Origin: Prorocentrum cordatum
Taxonomy: Eukaryota
NCBI GenBank assembly: GCA_963575745.1
Contig: CAUYUJ010000001.1
Span: 930,001-994,000 of the forward strand
Direction: 5' to 3'
DNA: 64,000 bases
Below the pieces are notes generated by a model. It was not told where the DNA came from and ran no database searches. It worked only from the letters and a program-made list of their open reading frames with translations. Shown piece by piece: positions 23,471-38,000 of this stretch (positions are counted from its first letter, which is position 1; every line of letters starts with the position of its first letter). A program made the translations under genes and the position numbers.

Positions 23471-24854
23471 CCCCCCGGCTGGCTTGGTATGCTTCTGTTG
23501 CCACCGGAGTGTACTCCATTTGAAGTGGATTCGAGACGGTGCCGCACGCTGACTTGGCCGGGCTCGTGGCTCTTGCCCCTTCGTGGCTCGCGGTGGCAGC
23601 GATCTTGCGGCTGATTACGCGGTCCTGGAGCTGACCTGGCGGATGGGTGTCTGCGTGCCGAACGCCCACGCTCCTCTCGTACCAGTGGCCACTCTGTGAC
23701 GTCTCAGCTGTGTGCATTGGATTGGCTTGGGTCAGCCTTACTACAACTTCCGTTTGTTCAACGAGGGACGTTCGTCTCCTACTCGGTTTGAGCGTGAGCC
23801 GCGGCTTGCCTTCTCTTCTGTCTTGTCCTCTGGTTCCCGTCTTTCTCGTTTCGTTTTGCCTTTCTTGCTTTCCTCGTGTGTCTCTTGCTCTTTCGCTTCC
23901 GCCGCGTTGTTTTCGCCACCGTTGGGGCCCCCCTTTTTCCGCGTGCTGCCTGCGCTTGGCCTGCACTGTCACGACTTGTAAGACGGCGCGCAGCTGCCCA
24001 CGTCGCTCGCGAGCCAAAGAGTATCCCCACCGGCCCATCCAGAAACGATCAACAAGAGAGTTGGTGAATCATGGACGGTTGGAAGCACGCAGTTGCGCGG
24101 CCGTCTTCAGGAGAAAAAATCACCGATAGTTTCCCGCATAGTTTAAAATGGAATTCAGTGCAAGATGCAAGATACAACGTGGTGCTCCCCGTGGTAGACG
24201 TCTCTAGCGCAGGTGGCTGTATCCACCCTGGGCCATGAGAAATAAGGATCGCACATAGCTTCCCGCAGCGAAGTTTAAGATGGAAACCAGTGCCATATAC
24301 GCCAGGTTGTTCCCTGTAGTAAGCGTATCTGGCGCAGGTGCCTGTATCTATTAGTCGTCGCCCTTGTCGCACAGTTGAGAGTCGCATCCCATATGCATCC
24401 TTGATATACACCCCCCACACCGAAGTGTACATTAACCTCGCGTGCGGCTGCTGGTGATGGTGGTGGTGGTGGCGGTGGTGGTGATGCTGCTGGTGTTGCT
24501 GTTTGTGGTGTTCGGTTGCCCTCTTGGGGCCATGTTGGATCAAGTAGTGCTGCTAGAGCCAGGGATGCCTGGGGCAATATTGGGGGTGAGAGGATGAAGG
24601 GTAGGAGGAGGAGGAGGAGGAGGAGGAGGAGGAGGAGGGGGACGAGGAGGAGGAGGAGGAGGAGGAAGAGGAACAACAGAAAAGGAGGAGGGGAAGGAGG
24701 AGGAGGAGCAGGAGGAACGCGGCGCGAGGAGGATGGAAAGGAGCAGGGAGGCGGCATAAAAGAAGCAAGGAAGGAACGGACGTTGACAAGGAAGGCGAGA
24801 AATCGGGTTTTGGACATATGTCGTGGTGAGTGGTTCTTCGAAGACTCGTAATGC

Positions 24855-26400
24855 CATTTGGGCGCCATCTTGGTGTCCTCTTGGGGTCCGTTGGGAGCCT
24901 TCTTGGGACCTCCTTGGGTTTTTTTTTGATAGGCTTTGGAGCAATATTGGGGTCTGTTGGGGGGGTCTGGGAGGCCTTTTGGCGCCGTCTTGGACCCCTT
25001 CGTTAAAAAGAGGGGGGTCTTAAATTCAGGTCCCCCCTCGGAGGCCAAAAAAGGAGCGTCTCGGGGCCCTCTTGGACCGCTCTTGGGGCGCTCTTGGGGC
25101 CGTTTTGGGGCCCTCCTGGGCTTTTCTTGGGGCTATGTTGGGCCATCTTGGGGCCATTTTGACGCCTCAAGAGCTCATCGGAAGCGAAACAGCAAAAAAA
25201 AAAAAAAAAAAAAAAAACATTCATGTTCCATAGGTCTTGAACACATTTTTGCCTTTGGGGGGGTCCGTGGAGGGCTCGGAAGGCACTTGAAACCGTCTTG
25301 GGGCCGTCATGGGGCCTTTTGGATGCGTGTCGGGGGCTATCTTGAGCCATCTCGAAATAGATTGGGCCAACTTGGAGGCCATCTTGGGCTATCTAAAACC
25401 CTCTTGGAGCTATATTGGGCCATCTTGGACGCTCTAACCTCTCGGGTTGCCCCCCTTCCAGACCCAGAGAGGGGGGGTGTAAACCTCCCGAGCAGGGAAA
25501 GCAAGGAGGTTGGAAGAGGAAACGCTCGAGACCACCTGCGCCCAGAGGGCTGGTGGGACTTGGGGCGACTGCTGACGAACAAAGATGAAAGCGAAGAGTT
25601 CGGGGGCGGTAGGAGTAGTTGGGGGGAAGCGACACGCAACGCGAGTTGAACCACAGTTGGGTCTCGGAACGGACCCACCGGGCGCCCGCTCAGAGGTCCC
25701 CCCCCCTCTGCAGACGTTTCACTTAAGGCCCCACGATGAGTTTAGTGGAGCTGGCGTTGCTGAGTTCAGACACTGGTGTAAGCAATGCCCCATCCACTTC
25801 CCGCCCCGCCTTATCGAATGGCCTCTGGCCCACCCCGCCACGAAGCCTATTGGATTTTCGTTGGGATTTTGTGCGCGGGGCCTCTCGGGGGCCTCTTGGA
25901 AGCAATTTGGAAGCCTCTTGGGTGCCGTTTGGGGGCCTTTGGGGGCCTCTTTGGGGTTTCTTGGGGGCCCATTCGGGCCTCTTGGGGTGAAGCATCCCGG
26001 GGCCTCCTGAGTGCCTCTTGGAAATTCCTGTGGGCCTCTAGGGGCGGAAGCCTCGGGTTTTCGGTTCGCAGGGCGTTCTGGGCACCTCTTGGGCCGCGTT
26101 GGGTCGGGGGCGCTCTGTGGCCGTCTTGGGGCCCTCTTGGAGGTCTTTTGAGCCGTTTTGGCGCGGTCTTGGGCGCCTCTTGGGCCGTCTTGGAGCGCCG
26201 GAAAACCGAAGAGGCGAGAACACCAAAATCAATTATCAATGATCAATGTTTTGCCTCTTGGGGGCCTCTTGAGAAGCCTCGTGGGTACCTCTTGGGGCGT
26301 CTTGGATGTTTCTTGGGCCATGTTGAGGCCATCCTGGGCGTCTTGGGCCGATCTTTGGGCGTCTCGAGGCCCCCTTGGGCCGTCTTGGGGGCCCGTCTTG
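24855..26400 (-). repeat. Family G degenerate repeat, two blocks
   Basis: TCTTGGGGCC/GGGGCCTCTTGG units; these generate the GPLG/PSWG artefact ORFs. Confidence 0.8.
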
Positions 26401-29200
26401 GCGGAATCGTTTCCAGCGACTCCCCAATCATCGATTCATCGGGAATCGATCTCGATGACTTGGACGGTGTGTTTGAAGAGCCGCATGGCCGCCTCGACTC
26501 GGCCAGGCCAAGGGGCGCCCTCCGCCGCGCGCAGCCGTGGGCGGCGCAGGGTGCCCGCCAGCATCGGCCCAGCGACATCGAGCGCCTGCCCGACCAGGCC
26601 CTCGAGGAGCTGCTCCAGATCTTCGCCGCCGCCGAGGCTTGCGGCACTCGGCCCCGGCAGCTGCCGATCGCGGCGGGGCGCGTGCTGGGCGAGAAGAACG
26701 GCGGCGAGCGGGTCGTCGGCCCGTTGGCGATGGTCGCCCGCATCTGGAACCAGGCAAGAGAGACCGACGCGCAGGGTTGGGTGGAGGACGTCGACCAGGA
26801 GGCCCACGCGGCGCCAGGCTTCGCGCGCGCCCGTGCTATGCTCGACTTCAGACCATTATACGACTCGATGGGTTGGGCGCGGCCTTTCGGCTGGGCCCCC
26901 CGCCGGCGATCCTGGCCCTCGAACTGCAGCAGCGCTCGGCCGCCATGGCCCTCGTCGGCACCGAAACGACGTTGCCGGCATTCCAGCGATCGCGGCCTAT
27001 CGTGCAGGGCCTGCGGCTGGGCGCGGGGCTTGCGAGTTGCCTCGCCTTCTTCATCATAGCCCAGGTCACGGAGGTGGCGCCGCCAGCCATGCTGCCGCCG
27101 CGCATCTGGATCGACGATGTTCAGGAGCCCAGCGCGGGCGCCAGGTGGCAGGTCAGGATCGAGCCGACCAAGTGCGTCGTCTTCACCAGCGACGCCACCA
27201 GCATCACATGGATGGCGCAGGCGATCCGCAGAGCTGGCCACGTGGCCACGGCAGAAATGCCGCCCCCCTGCCCGGGCGTCGACGCGAGCGCTGGGCGCCG
27301 CTGCGGGCGGGCTACTCGCACCAGGCGGGTCGCCCAGACCGAGGCAACGCAGTCGCGTGGCGGGCTTCGCCACGGCCTCCAGGCGACGCAGGCAGGTCCA
27401 CGCCGCGTTCGGCCAGGCCCGCCAGCGCCTACGCCAGCTGCTCGGAGCCGTCTCAGCAGCCGGCGCTCGCGGTAAATGCTTGGATACGGCGTTGCAGCTG
27501 CCCGCCGATCATGCTGATCTTGCTTGCGAGCTGCCGAGGGAGCAGCTCGGCCCATGGTTGCAGACGCGGCAGCGCAGTCCCCTTCGGCGCCAGCGAACGC
27601 AGCGGCCCTGGGCGGCCATCAACTCCAGACTTCGCGACCTCGAGCCTCCGCAGTGCTCGCGGTGGATTGGGGGGCCCGTCTCCGCAGTCCAAGCCCGTTG
27701 GCCCGAGCGCGACCAGCCCCCCGCGGGCCCGCGGGGCCGGGTGCGCGCCCACCATGCCAGACAGAAAGACCGACGGGTTTTCCCAGCAGGTGCCAATCAC
27801 GCGGCCGACCCTGCAGCGCCGCTCATCGCCGCGCTCGACCGCCCCGTCGCGGGAAGGATGCGGGATCGAGCCGCTGGGCATTGGGCAAACGAGGGCATGC
27901 AGGTCGGCGTCGACATGCGCTCAGCGCGCGATCAGCCGGGCGCCCCGAGGCAGGCGCCACGCGGCATTGCGCATGAAGAGACGGTGCCGACCATCGCCGC
28001 TGGCGGGGATTGAACCACGCGGCGGCGCAAGCAGTTCTGCTGCGACTTCGACGACGACGAGCTCTGCGCCAGGCGCGGGCACGCCGTCGAGACCGACTTC
28101 CACGGGACGGGGGGGTCACAGGGCAACGTCGGGAGCAAGGCCTACGCCATGAGTGGCCACCTCATCCCACGCGCCAGGGCCGAGGCGGAGGCCGCGCCAC
28201 GCTTCTGGCAGCGAGGCATGCTCCCAGCGGCAGCCCCCTCCGACTTGGAGTCCTGGACCTCGGCGGCGCGAGCGGCACCCCCGAATCCGAGTCGCCATCC
28301 ACGAGGCAGGTCGGCCTGGCACTCTGCCGCATGCGCGGCGACGCCGCCCAGCTCAGCGCGGCGCCGCCGGGGCCTTTGGCGGGCGAGCGGCAAACTGAGC
28401 GTCGCGGCGAATTGCGGGCGCTGCTGCTGTCCATCGAAACCTCCGAGGGCGTCATGTTCTTCTGCGCGGACAACCCCGCCGCGTGCGAGGGCTGGCGGAG
28501 GCGGCTCGACCGGTGGCCCGATGGGCCCGACGCGGACACGCGTCATCGCGCCCGCTCGGCTCTCCATGGGCGCCGCGGAGCACGCCAACTCGCACCTCGC
28601 AGTCAGGAGGCCACGGCGCGGGGGGGGGGGGTCCCTGGCGCCGCGCCGCGGGGCAACGCTGCGGCGGACCTGCGCGCCCCCACCGTGGATCGCGCCCGGA
28701 TGATGGCCACGCAGGTGGCGGCGTCGCAGGCGCACCGAGGGCTCCCCCGCGCTGCCCTGGACGCGGCGGCCGCCGAGGCGCGCCGCCGCCGGAGGGCTGG
28801 CTGGCCTCAGAGCGAGGCATTCTGCGCCCGCGCCGCGGATCTGCGCGACCTCGAGCCTCGGCCCCCCCAGATCGCCGACGGGTGCGGACGGAGCTGCCAT
28901 GCCCGCCGCTGCTCCAGCATACACAAGGCCATGACGGCCCCGGCGCAAGCGCCGCGCCATGGGCCCCGCCAGTCGACCGAGCTCCTGAGCGAGCTCGGCG
29001 AGCCGGCTGGCGTGCAGGTGCACGTCGCGGGCCAACGCGTCGACGCGTCGCACCGCCTCCGGTTGCGCCGCGCGCTGGACCGGCGGCCCCGCAAGCGCCG
29101 CGGCTTCTCCGGGGCGTCTGGCGGGCGGCAGCTGGGCGACGGGCCCAGGAAGCTGCGCCCGCGCAATCAGCGCGCCAGACCATCACTTACCTACTTCGCG
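26400..29200 (+). mobile_element. Decayed non-LTR retrotransposon: reverse transcriptase followed by RNase H; 5'-truncated and frameshifted
   Basis: Ordered RT-like motifs across frames: KNGGERVVG...RIW (~26694-26747), LDFRPLYDSM (~26841-26870), IVQG (~26999-27010), WIDD (27107-27118), KCVV, PGVD. RNase H-like GPLAGERQTERRGELRA...CADN (28370-28475) and GNAAAD (~28652) follow. Confidence 0.85.
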
Positions 29201-30564
29201 CTTATAGCAGACAGGACCTGCTACCCACCCATTCCAATCTCTGCATTGTTCTTTAAACAACGCACGCACTCCCCGCGCGACGGGGGCAGCACATCCAGCG
29301 GCATGGGATCCTACCCTCTATATGCCAGTCATCTACAGCGAGAACATCAGGTGCACAGGCAGCACACTGCGGCGTGAACCCCAATGGCGACTGCGATCAC
29401 TCTCATGCGATTGCCAGTGAGTCACGCGTGGAAGGTCCCCACCAACCGCCAACCTTCCCCTCCTCCTGGCCCACCTGCTTGCAGCCCCATCCCCCCCGCC
29501 GCGCTCAACTAGCCCCCATCGACATCCTCCTCTTGCTGCGGGGAGGGGGTGGCATCGCGGGCGGGAAAGGGCTCGCATTCACCGCGGGCCGCCCCGGCAA
29601 AGGCCAGGGCGGCCGCGGCCGCACTACAGCCAGCAGCAAGCCACGCCTCCTGTTTCAGGATAGCACGCGTCTCCGCCTCCCCCTACCTCCACTGGCCACG
29701 GCCCGTCTTAGGCAGCCGCGATTTCCATCGCCTGCCGCGGCAACATCAACCTTCACCGCGCGCGCCACCGCCGCGGCAGAAACCACCCCCAAGCGCGGTG
29801 GAAAACCCCAAGCAGCCACCACTCCTGTGATCCGGGTACCCCACTCCTGCCTCGGCGGGGGAGGCTATTGGGATGGTGGCCGCTCAGGGGGGCGTCCTGT
29901 GCGCAGGAGGCGAGGCCTTTCTGCCACCTACCTTGACGAGCGTGGGCGGCGCCGCAGCCGCGCCGCACATGGAGGATGGCCCAAGCCTCCCTCGCGCTCG
30001 GTGCAAACCTCCAAGGGAGGCCCTCGGGCCTTCCCCTCGCAGCAAGCGGCACCCCACGGGGCCCCGCGGAATGGTCGAGCCACCGCGACGCGCTCACCCA
30101 CCTCAGCCTCCTCCGTTTCAATCACCGCCTCTTGCAACCTTCCCAACCTCCTCGTCATTCACATCCCCAAGGCTTTCTACCCACCCATGCCCGCGCCGCG
30201 GCCATAAGCTGGAGGCTCAACGTCCCAGGGAGGATTGGACAGCCCCACCTTGGACCCCCCTCCATCCTGTGCACAGGCGGGCACCCCTGCGGGAGGGGAC
30301 CCGGGGCGCATTCCAGGGCGGTGGCCCAAGAGGGCCACGCGCCCGTTCAACCGCTGCCGCCACAGTTCGCTCCACCTACTTCTTCTACCTCTTCGAGAGT
30401 GTGATGATGATGCGATGTCTCTCCTCCTCCCTCCCCCCTGTTCTGCGGGGCCTCGGCCCCTAATCACGTTTTGTGGGCTACACCCCAAGGGGTCCCGACC
30501 AGGCCTCCCCGGGGGAACCGGCAGCGTCTGAAGACTCCATTGCCCTCACTGCCTCAGTGCCTCA

Positions 30565-30809
30565 GGAGGAGGAGGAGGAGGAGAGGAGGAGGAGGAGGAG
30601 GAGGAGGAGGAGGAGGGAGGAGGAGGAGGAGGAGGAGGAGGAGGAGGAGGAGGAGGAGGAGAGGAGGAGGAGGAGGAGGAGGAGGAGGAGGAGGAGGAGG
30701 AGGAGGAGGAGGAGGAAGGGGGGCCGGCAGTCGACGACTCCCTACCTCATCAGGAATCAGGAGGGGGTGGAGGAGGAGGAGGAGGAGGAGGAGGAGGAGG
30801 AGGAGGAGG
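30565..30809. repeat. (GAG)n microsatellite tracts
   Basis: Direct reading; similar tracts at 17270-17300 and 24604-24715. Confidence 0.98.
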
Positions 30810-31376
30810 TCCTGCGGCAATCGAGGTGCTTCCCCCCGCCTCCTCCGCCAGGCCGTCAGCCCGCGGCCCGCGTCGACCGCGGAGGCCAGGCAGGAGGTGG
30901 AGGCGGCCGAGGCGGCAGATTGCCAGAGGGCCTCGTTGCCGTCGCCTCCCCTTTCCCCGACATTCTCGCGTCGCGAGCAAATCACGATGGGATATATTTG
31001 ACCACGTTCCATCTCCCTGATCCCCTCCCGCCCCATACATATCTAAAGCGCATCAGCTGCTGACGTAGAAGCCTGGAACCATCTATACAAATATGTCTGC
31101 GTTGCACCCTTCGAAACTCGGGGGGGGTCGTTTGCGGCGGCCTGGAGAGGTGGAGTGAGTGGGTGGGAAGACGCCGAGCCGCTGCAGCCCGCCCCCTCCT
31201 CCTCACGAGGGCGTCCGAAGCGATCCGCGACAGGACTGGCTCTGGCAATTTGGACGGAGGGGGGAGGTGGGGGGAAGAGGAGGCAATAAGGAAGGCGGGC
31301 AAAGGAAAACAGAGGGATCCTGCGAAATTCCAGGGGTCTCTGGGCGTGGCTCGCGCGCGAACTGTATAGCAACCTC

Positions 31377-31574
31377 ATGATTCGCCAGGTCATGTTCCTG
31401 CTGCTCTGTCTGGCCTGGATTCGAAGCGGCTTTGATCCTAACAATCGCGGACACATGACGCACAGACCGACCCACGGCAACATCTGGACCCAAGGGCGTG
31501 GCATTGGCATCAATGGATGTCGAGGAGGCAAAAGATTGCACTATTATTCACACTGCTGCTGGTCATCATTGTGA
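31377..31574 (+). pseudogene. Possible fragment of a non-LTR element C-terminal Cys/His (zinc-knuckle-like) region
   Basis: WIR...GINGCRGGKRLHYYSHC loosely resembles the GC-x-HY-x-C motif at the end of LINE ORF2. The match is weak. Confidence 0.3.
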
Positions 31575-32049
31575 TCAAGCGCCAGAGACCCAAGCATGGC
31601 GTCGATCATGGGTTGGTCAATAACAGAACACAGCGCCGTGGGGCACCCCTTCCTAGAAGATCGGAAAGCGTCATCACCCTTCTTTCCAAGGAGAGTCTGG
31701 CGGCCTCTAGGATCACGGCCGCACTTGCCTCCGCCTGGCGTGTCAGGCAGTCAGGGGGCTAGAGACGGCAAGCGCACTACAAGGACTCCCGTCGGGGCGT
31801 TCCCGTCCTGGCCGCATGCGCACTGATCGAACTCTGTGAGCTGGCAGACCTGGGGCTGACATGAGAGTTCCTGTGGGCCCGAATGCCCACGAGGGGGACA
31901 GCACGGGGTTCCCAGGAGGGCGAGGCGGGACGTTCCGCCCACCCACATCCCCCAGAGACCGCTAGACAGCACAACAGCTCAATTGTGCCCAGATATAAAT
32001 AAATGGGTAAACAACGCATGGGCAACAGAAACCTGGATCCTTGTTGGCC

Positions 32050-35000
32050 CAGAGTCAACGCCGCCGTCCCCCATGGGGCCCTCCAGGATCTGAGCGGGAG
32101 GAGGCCCCCTTCTTTTCCATCGTGCCGCCGAAAACGTTTCGAACGGGAGGGCCTCCTAAAGCAGCAACTCGCCCCACCTTAACACGACCAGACCAAAGTT
32201 CGGCCGTGCACTGCTTACTAAGATCGCCAACCTCTGAGTCGAGGAGTACTTTCACAGGCAGCAAACGCACTTCAACACTAGGTAAAACGAAGTCTAGTTA
32301 TGTTTCTCCCGCACATTGCATATCCCCATTCGCGACGCCGACCGCAGAACAGGTTGGCTATAAAAACAGTCTGGCGATGCAGTCTACGCGGGAGTTGTGC
32401 GGCTAACATCTTAGTATATTGTTTTCGTTCGAACGTTCAATCCAGGAAGACGCCCTCAACAGGCCTAGGGGTCGGGGGCTACGATGGCAGTTCGTCGAAG
32501 ATGTGTACTGAAATACTCTGAGCATACTCTTGAGCCTGGCCCCTGGAATGCACGACCTGGAACATCCGCGTTGCCCAGTGCATGGGCCCAGCTGCAACAC
32601 GCGAGGGAACCGAAGCGTGTGAGGCCGAGTAGCCTTTCTTGAAAGACTCTCGTTTCTTGTGTCTCCTGTGCCGCAGGCTCCTGAATGACCTCAGGAACCA
32701 ACGCAGGGACATGGTAGAAAATCAAACAGGTAGCCCGCCAGGTTGTCACACGCCTAATCAGCATTGACCTGGACTCCAGCACTCTTAGGCATGCCGGGCA
32801 CTGATTACCTGAAACATGCCGCCTTGAAATGCCTGACAGAGCTGTGGGAACAGCTCGAATGTGTGCGTCCAGCTACGGAACGCTCATGGAAGTAAATTCG
32901 CAAAAACGGCAGTTGAAAGCCTAGCGAAGGAGAGAAGGGGGTACATCTCTAGCAGGGAGAGGCCTTCACTGGTGAGACGTGTCAGCAGCCGCTTCTTCCA
33001 CCTCGAGCCCTCAAGGTCGCGCCCTGCCTGGTCGACAGCATCCTTCGTAGACTCCTGAACAGGTGTTAGACAATAACCCCGAGACGATCTTACTTAACAA
33101 CCCACGCACTTGAGTCGGACGACTGGAGAGGCATATCCTGGAACCCTTGGTGGCATAAGCGCAACCAAGCACAATCTTTCGGAATATGATGCATCCTGGA
33201 GTTGTGTTGAACTCCACTGTGAGCCTGAATGCATTCAGAATGTAGTACAGCTAAGAGCAGACGAGGCGCCGCAGACAGCACCTGGCCAAACAAACGCAGT
33301 CGTGCAGCACGTAGCACAACCATCAAAGTGCGTCAAAGAGTTGCTGCCATGGCATCGTCATCCGACGGGCATCCTCATTCAAAGCGGGAAAGACGCAGGA
33401 CATGCTTATAACGTCGCAAAGATTGCGAACATGTGCGTACAACGTGATTGCCGAACGGGTTATACCGCGCGCTTGCCACGTGCAAAGCCGACTTGAGATC
33501 CCGGGGATCCGTAAAAATGAGCTCGGGAGTGTCTGAAATTTTCGTGGCCCTCTTGAAGGCCATGGTGAGAATTCTAAGTTGACCCCTTGACTCGGCCTCA
33601 AGATGGACCAGCTCAGGACCCAACATAGCTCGTTTGTTAACCACGGCACCCGAAAGAACAGCAGACCGAATCACGTTAAGAATTTCACCCCTACAAAGCA
33701 AGGAGCGAACAGGCAAGCGCTTATACAGGGTAAGAGAGGCATGTCTACGGTTCGTGGCAGACGCAGGGCCAATTAGGTGCAACGTCAATTCGTTGGGCTG
33801 GTCTTAAGCTGCGGCATCAGACCTACGACTTCACACGAGTTATGCACCACTCTGCAAAAGTCCTCGAGGTTTTCGTCCACAATTTTCAATGGCGCGAGCA
33901 GCGCAAACAAAGAATCATCAACAGTTACCATGCCGGGAAAGTCCAGCTCAATATCTGCCTCGTCAGCACCGAACGGGTTGCGATTGGGCATGGCGAAAGA
34001 GAGCATGAGACCTAGCACCGACAATTCACGAGCGACATGATTAGTGACCTCCGCGTGGCCTAAAGAGCGAGCTGTGTGCCTCAACCAGGCAATCTCTCGT
34101 ACTGATCTGAGCCCGCGGCAGACTTCGCCGCCGGGGTCAGTTTTTGTTCGCAAGCATGCGCGGCACTTTTGTCCCATGCGCATGACTTTGCAACAGAACA
34201 CTTGGTGAAGGCACGGCGATGCCCGCGCACAGCTAGCAACAAAAACCTTAGTGCACTATGACAGAGCAGACTTACTCGCGTGTTGCGTGACACAGCAAAG
34301 CTCCATACCTTGCCACCTTGCCAAACATGTGGAGCAACGGTAGAGCAGCGAGCCGTCGGGGGCACATTTCAGGCAGGGCACGGACATTCCGTCATACCAT
34401 CGCATGTGGTTTAAATTGTTGCACGTCCTCAAGACCGCTGGGTACCTTGGGATAGATCATAGGCTTTCAAACCAGGGTATTGCATGCACGTCGCTGTGGA
34501 ACCGGGATAATCACGTTCAATTGCATTGCTCGGTAATCAGGACAGTTCGATATCATGTATGAGTTTAGATGTTGAGGCATGCGGAGAAGAACGAAGCGGC
34601 ACGGCCACACAGTCGATGCGCCTCGTTGGAAACAACGCACCAGGAGGAACCCACGTCTTGTGACCAACCGAAGGCCCCAGGGACGCACACGGCAAACACA
34701 GCTTGAGATCCCGAAGTAGGTTATGAAAGCAAAGGCCCACGAACATTGTCAGTTTGCGCCCCCATAGCTTTCACCGAAGACGACATTGTGGTTCCCAGCG
34801 TAGCATTCGCGTCTATGCGCAGGAACAGTAAGTCCGCCTTGACAGCGAACCGTCGCAGACAGTTGGTGGCGGCCTTCCACCAATCACGGATAACTGGCTC
34901 GGGACGGCCTGGGCGAGGCGCATGCCCCACGCAGAAAGATGCATTGAACGAAGCAGCAGCCAAGTGAACGATCAGCATCGCAGGAGTCGCTTCCACGACG

Positions 35001-38000
35001 GTGAGACGCTGCCTCGAAATAGCGGGATCCGACCTCCCAGGAATAAGTTGTTGGCCATTCTTCAACCAAATTGCTCCCAGGAACAGCCGTGCGAATTTGA
35101 TCTATGACGTGACCCATGAAGAACCAATTGAAAGCTCACAGTTGCCCAGCTCGGAAACGGCATTCTCGATTCAGCAGTTCCCGCGACGGCCTGTCCTTGG
35201 AGACGAAATTGTTCCGCAGAAAGGATCGGACGCCCAGACAAAAGCCCCAACCATTTGTTTATTTTGGAAGTTTGCTGGAGGGCGAGGACGAGGGCGAAAG
35301 CCATGCGAAGTTTAAGTTGCAACGCATCCTCGGCTGCGTGCGCGCAATATGCCCCGACTGGAAAACATCCAGGAGCACGCCAACAGCAGCAGATGTAGGC
35401 TGGCACATGTGTTGCACGTCAGGATGCCAAGCAACAAGGTTCTTGCTCTGTACCTGCGAATCGCTCCGGACTTGGGCATTGGGCACGCACACCCTCAGGG
35501 AGCAGCTTTAGCCAAGCCCACGAAGCAGATACGGAGTCCTACAGCATGTGTCTCCAGCGACACTCCTCTTGGCTCTTGGCGATGCAAAGCCCAGCAAGTG
35601 CAGCAATAGTATCAGCATGTTCGTTAATGATCTTGTGAACGGGCATGTGCGCGTGATAAACATACCGTTTGTGCGCAGCTAACCACATGGCAAGTGGCGC
35701 GCACACACGCAAATTCAGAAAGTTCCCCAAGATCTGAAATCTCCCACTTGCACCCATCAGATATCTAAAGAAAAAGCATCGACATTCATGGATTCCATAA
35801 TTCGTTCGATAAAATCAAAAATCTGGGCTGCATCCTGGGCGTTGCCTTGGAGCTTGTTTTTCCCTACCTGGGCTCTGCCTAGAAGGGTTCTTACTCTCTT
35901 TCTTAAAGGGGCCGGGCAGTGTAACTCGCCCCGGGCGGTTCCCCCGGCATCTGCCCCGCGGTTCCGCCAGTTGCGTCCCCTTAGCTTAGCGTTGCTTATA
36001 TCATCTTAGCTTAGCTTATTTAATCTTAGCTTAGCTTAGCTTCATCTTAGCTCAGGTTTATCTTAGCTTACCTTACCTTCATCTTAGTTTCGCTGAGTTT
36101 TAGCATAGCAGAGCACAGCATAGCGTAGCGTAGCATAGCATAGCGCAACACAGCATATCATAGCATAGCCCAGCATAGCATTGCATAGCGCAGCATAGCA
36201 TAGCATAGCATAGCGCAGCACAGCTCAGCACAGCATAACACAGCGCAGCATAGCATATCATAGCAGAGCAGAGCATAGGATAGCATAGCATAGCATAGCA
36301 TAGCGCAGCTTAGCATAGCATAACATAGCTTAGCATAGCACAGCGCAGCATGACATAGCATAGCTTAGCATAGCATGGCGTAGCATAGCATAGCACAGCG
36401 CAGCGTAGAATAGCATAGCATAGCATAGCGCAGCATAGCATGGCATAGCATAGCATAGCATAGCAACTGATGCTGCTTTCTTAGGGGCTCCAACTTCTAG
36501 GTATGGTCGCACTGGGGTAATCTCTGTATAATGTTCGTACATCTAGACCTGGGTCATTGGTTAAGAAAACGCCTCGAGGGAAGTCCATTGTCTTAGCATA
36601 CAAATTCTTGAACGCTGAGCATGGGTGTACCCTGAGCAGCACGCATGCAAGCCATACTCGTCTGGCGCAAACGAGCCAGCCAAGCCAGTCCAGTTGTTGG
36701 AAGGGCCATCCTTAGGCACGACCAAGACACAAATTGCCCAAGCTGGAACAGCTTCAGAAGCCCCTCCGCTCCCGTCCGTCTGCACACCTATAAATCATCT
36801 TTTCACGTCCTCCACGTTCATACCCATGAGGAGAGAGATTGGGAACCAATTCCAAGGTGCACTGCCTAAGAAGCTGCTAGTACTGTCTCCAATATGAAAT
36901 CAGCTGGCAATTCCACCACTGATCGAGTCCTTCTGCACTGCTTGGAAAAGGCACGAAGCTGGATCGAACAGCGCCTGGCAAAAAAACAATCACTCCGATC
37001 GCCAGGCTCACCAATCGGAGTGGAAGCCACGCGAGCCTCGCGAGCCGTGCGCTCCTGACGCGCATCCTCGTCGAGTTCATCGTTACTGTCGCCACTTCCA
37101 GCTTTCGCACCGACCGCTGCTGCTGCCCCCCACCTGCCCGGGCCTCCCTCGACCAGGTTTGCGCTCGCGATCGCGAGAGGCCGCAGAGTGATGGGCCGAG
37201 CGATCGGCAGGTTTGCTCGCCACTAGCTTCTGACCCAGCGGCGCTCTCGAAGAGGCCCGCTGGTAAGACTTTGCTGGGCCACATGTGGTTTGAGCAGGCT
37301 GCGACTTGCTGCTGATCTGGATTGGATAGTGCTCGTCAGAAGGGCCAACTGTTTCTGCAGGACTGCTACATCTGCCAACTCGCCAACTTAAACACCCTGA
37401 GCAGCTGGTGCAGCGGATGACGCTGCAGGTTGTTGCCGTGCACGTACCAGTCCAACAGGCAGAGGTTGTTGCAACATCTGAGACTGCTCCTCTGCCCGAT
37501 CGTGAAGGTCGCCGTCGCGTTCGTTGGCTGCAATATGCATTTGCTGAGGGGGAGGCGATGCTGGTACCTCATCGTAGGCAACCTGATGCCGACCCACTCG
37601 CTGGCCAAAGTGGCATGCTCCTCGAGTCGAACCAAGCTGAACTTCGCATCCTCGAGTATGTCCCCATGCCGAGCCGCAGCACATTTGAGGGCTTTCTCTT
37701 AACGGGAGACTTGCTGTTCGTCGGGCCTGCATAAATGGGTACCAGCCAGAGTTGCAGCGTACCAAGAACCTTCTTCATGGGCCATCTTCCAGCACGCTCT
37801 CGTAAAGGAATGGTGTTTGCCAACATTCGAATTTGATTCCCACAATTTACAATGCATTATGTTATCATCGTAGTTGTGGCATCTTCTCACTCTTCAGGAA
37901 AGTGGGGGTGCATCCTCGCGTCTGACGGCGGAGCTGGAATGATTCTCAATCCTGTGAAATGGTTGTTCTGAAGGCCCTCGTGTTCCGATTCTGCCTTGTC

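Noticed and set aside
26158..28152. 664-aa ORF as an intact gene
   Set aside because: It is an off-frame read-through of GC-rich decayed retroelement DNA; the RT motifs lie in the other frames.
35980..36465. Telomeric repeat
   Set aside because: The units are TTAGC/TAGCA, not TTTAGGG or TTAGGG, and the tract is internal to a retroelement.
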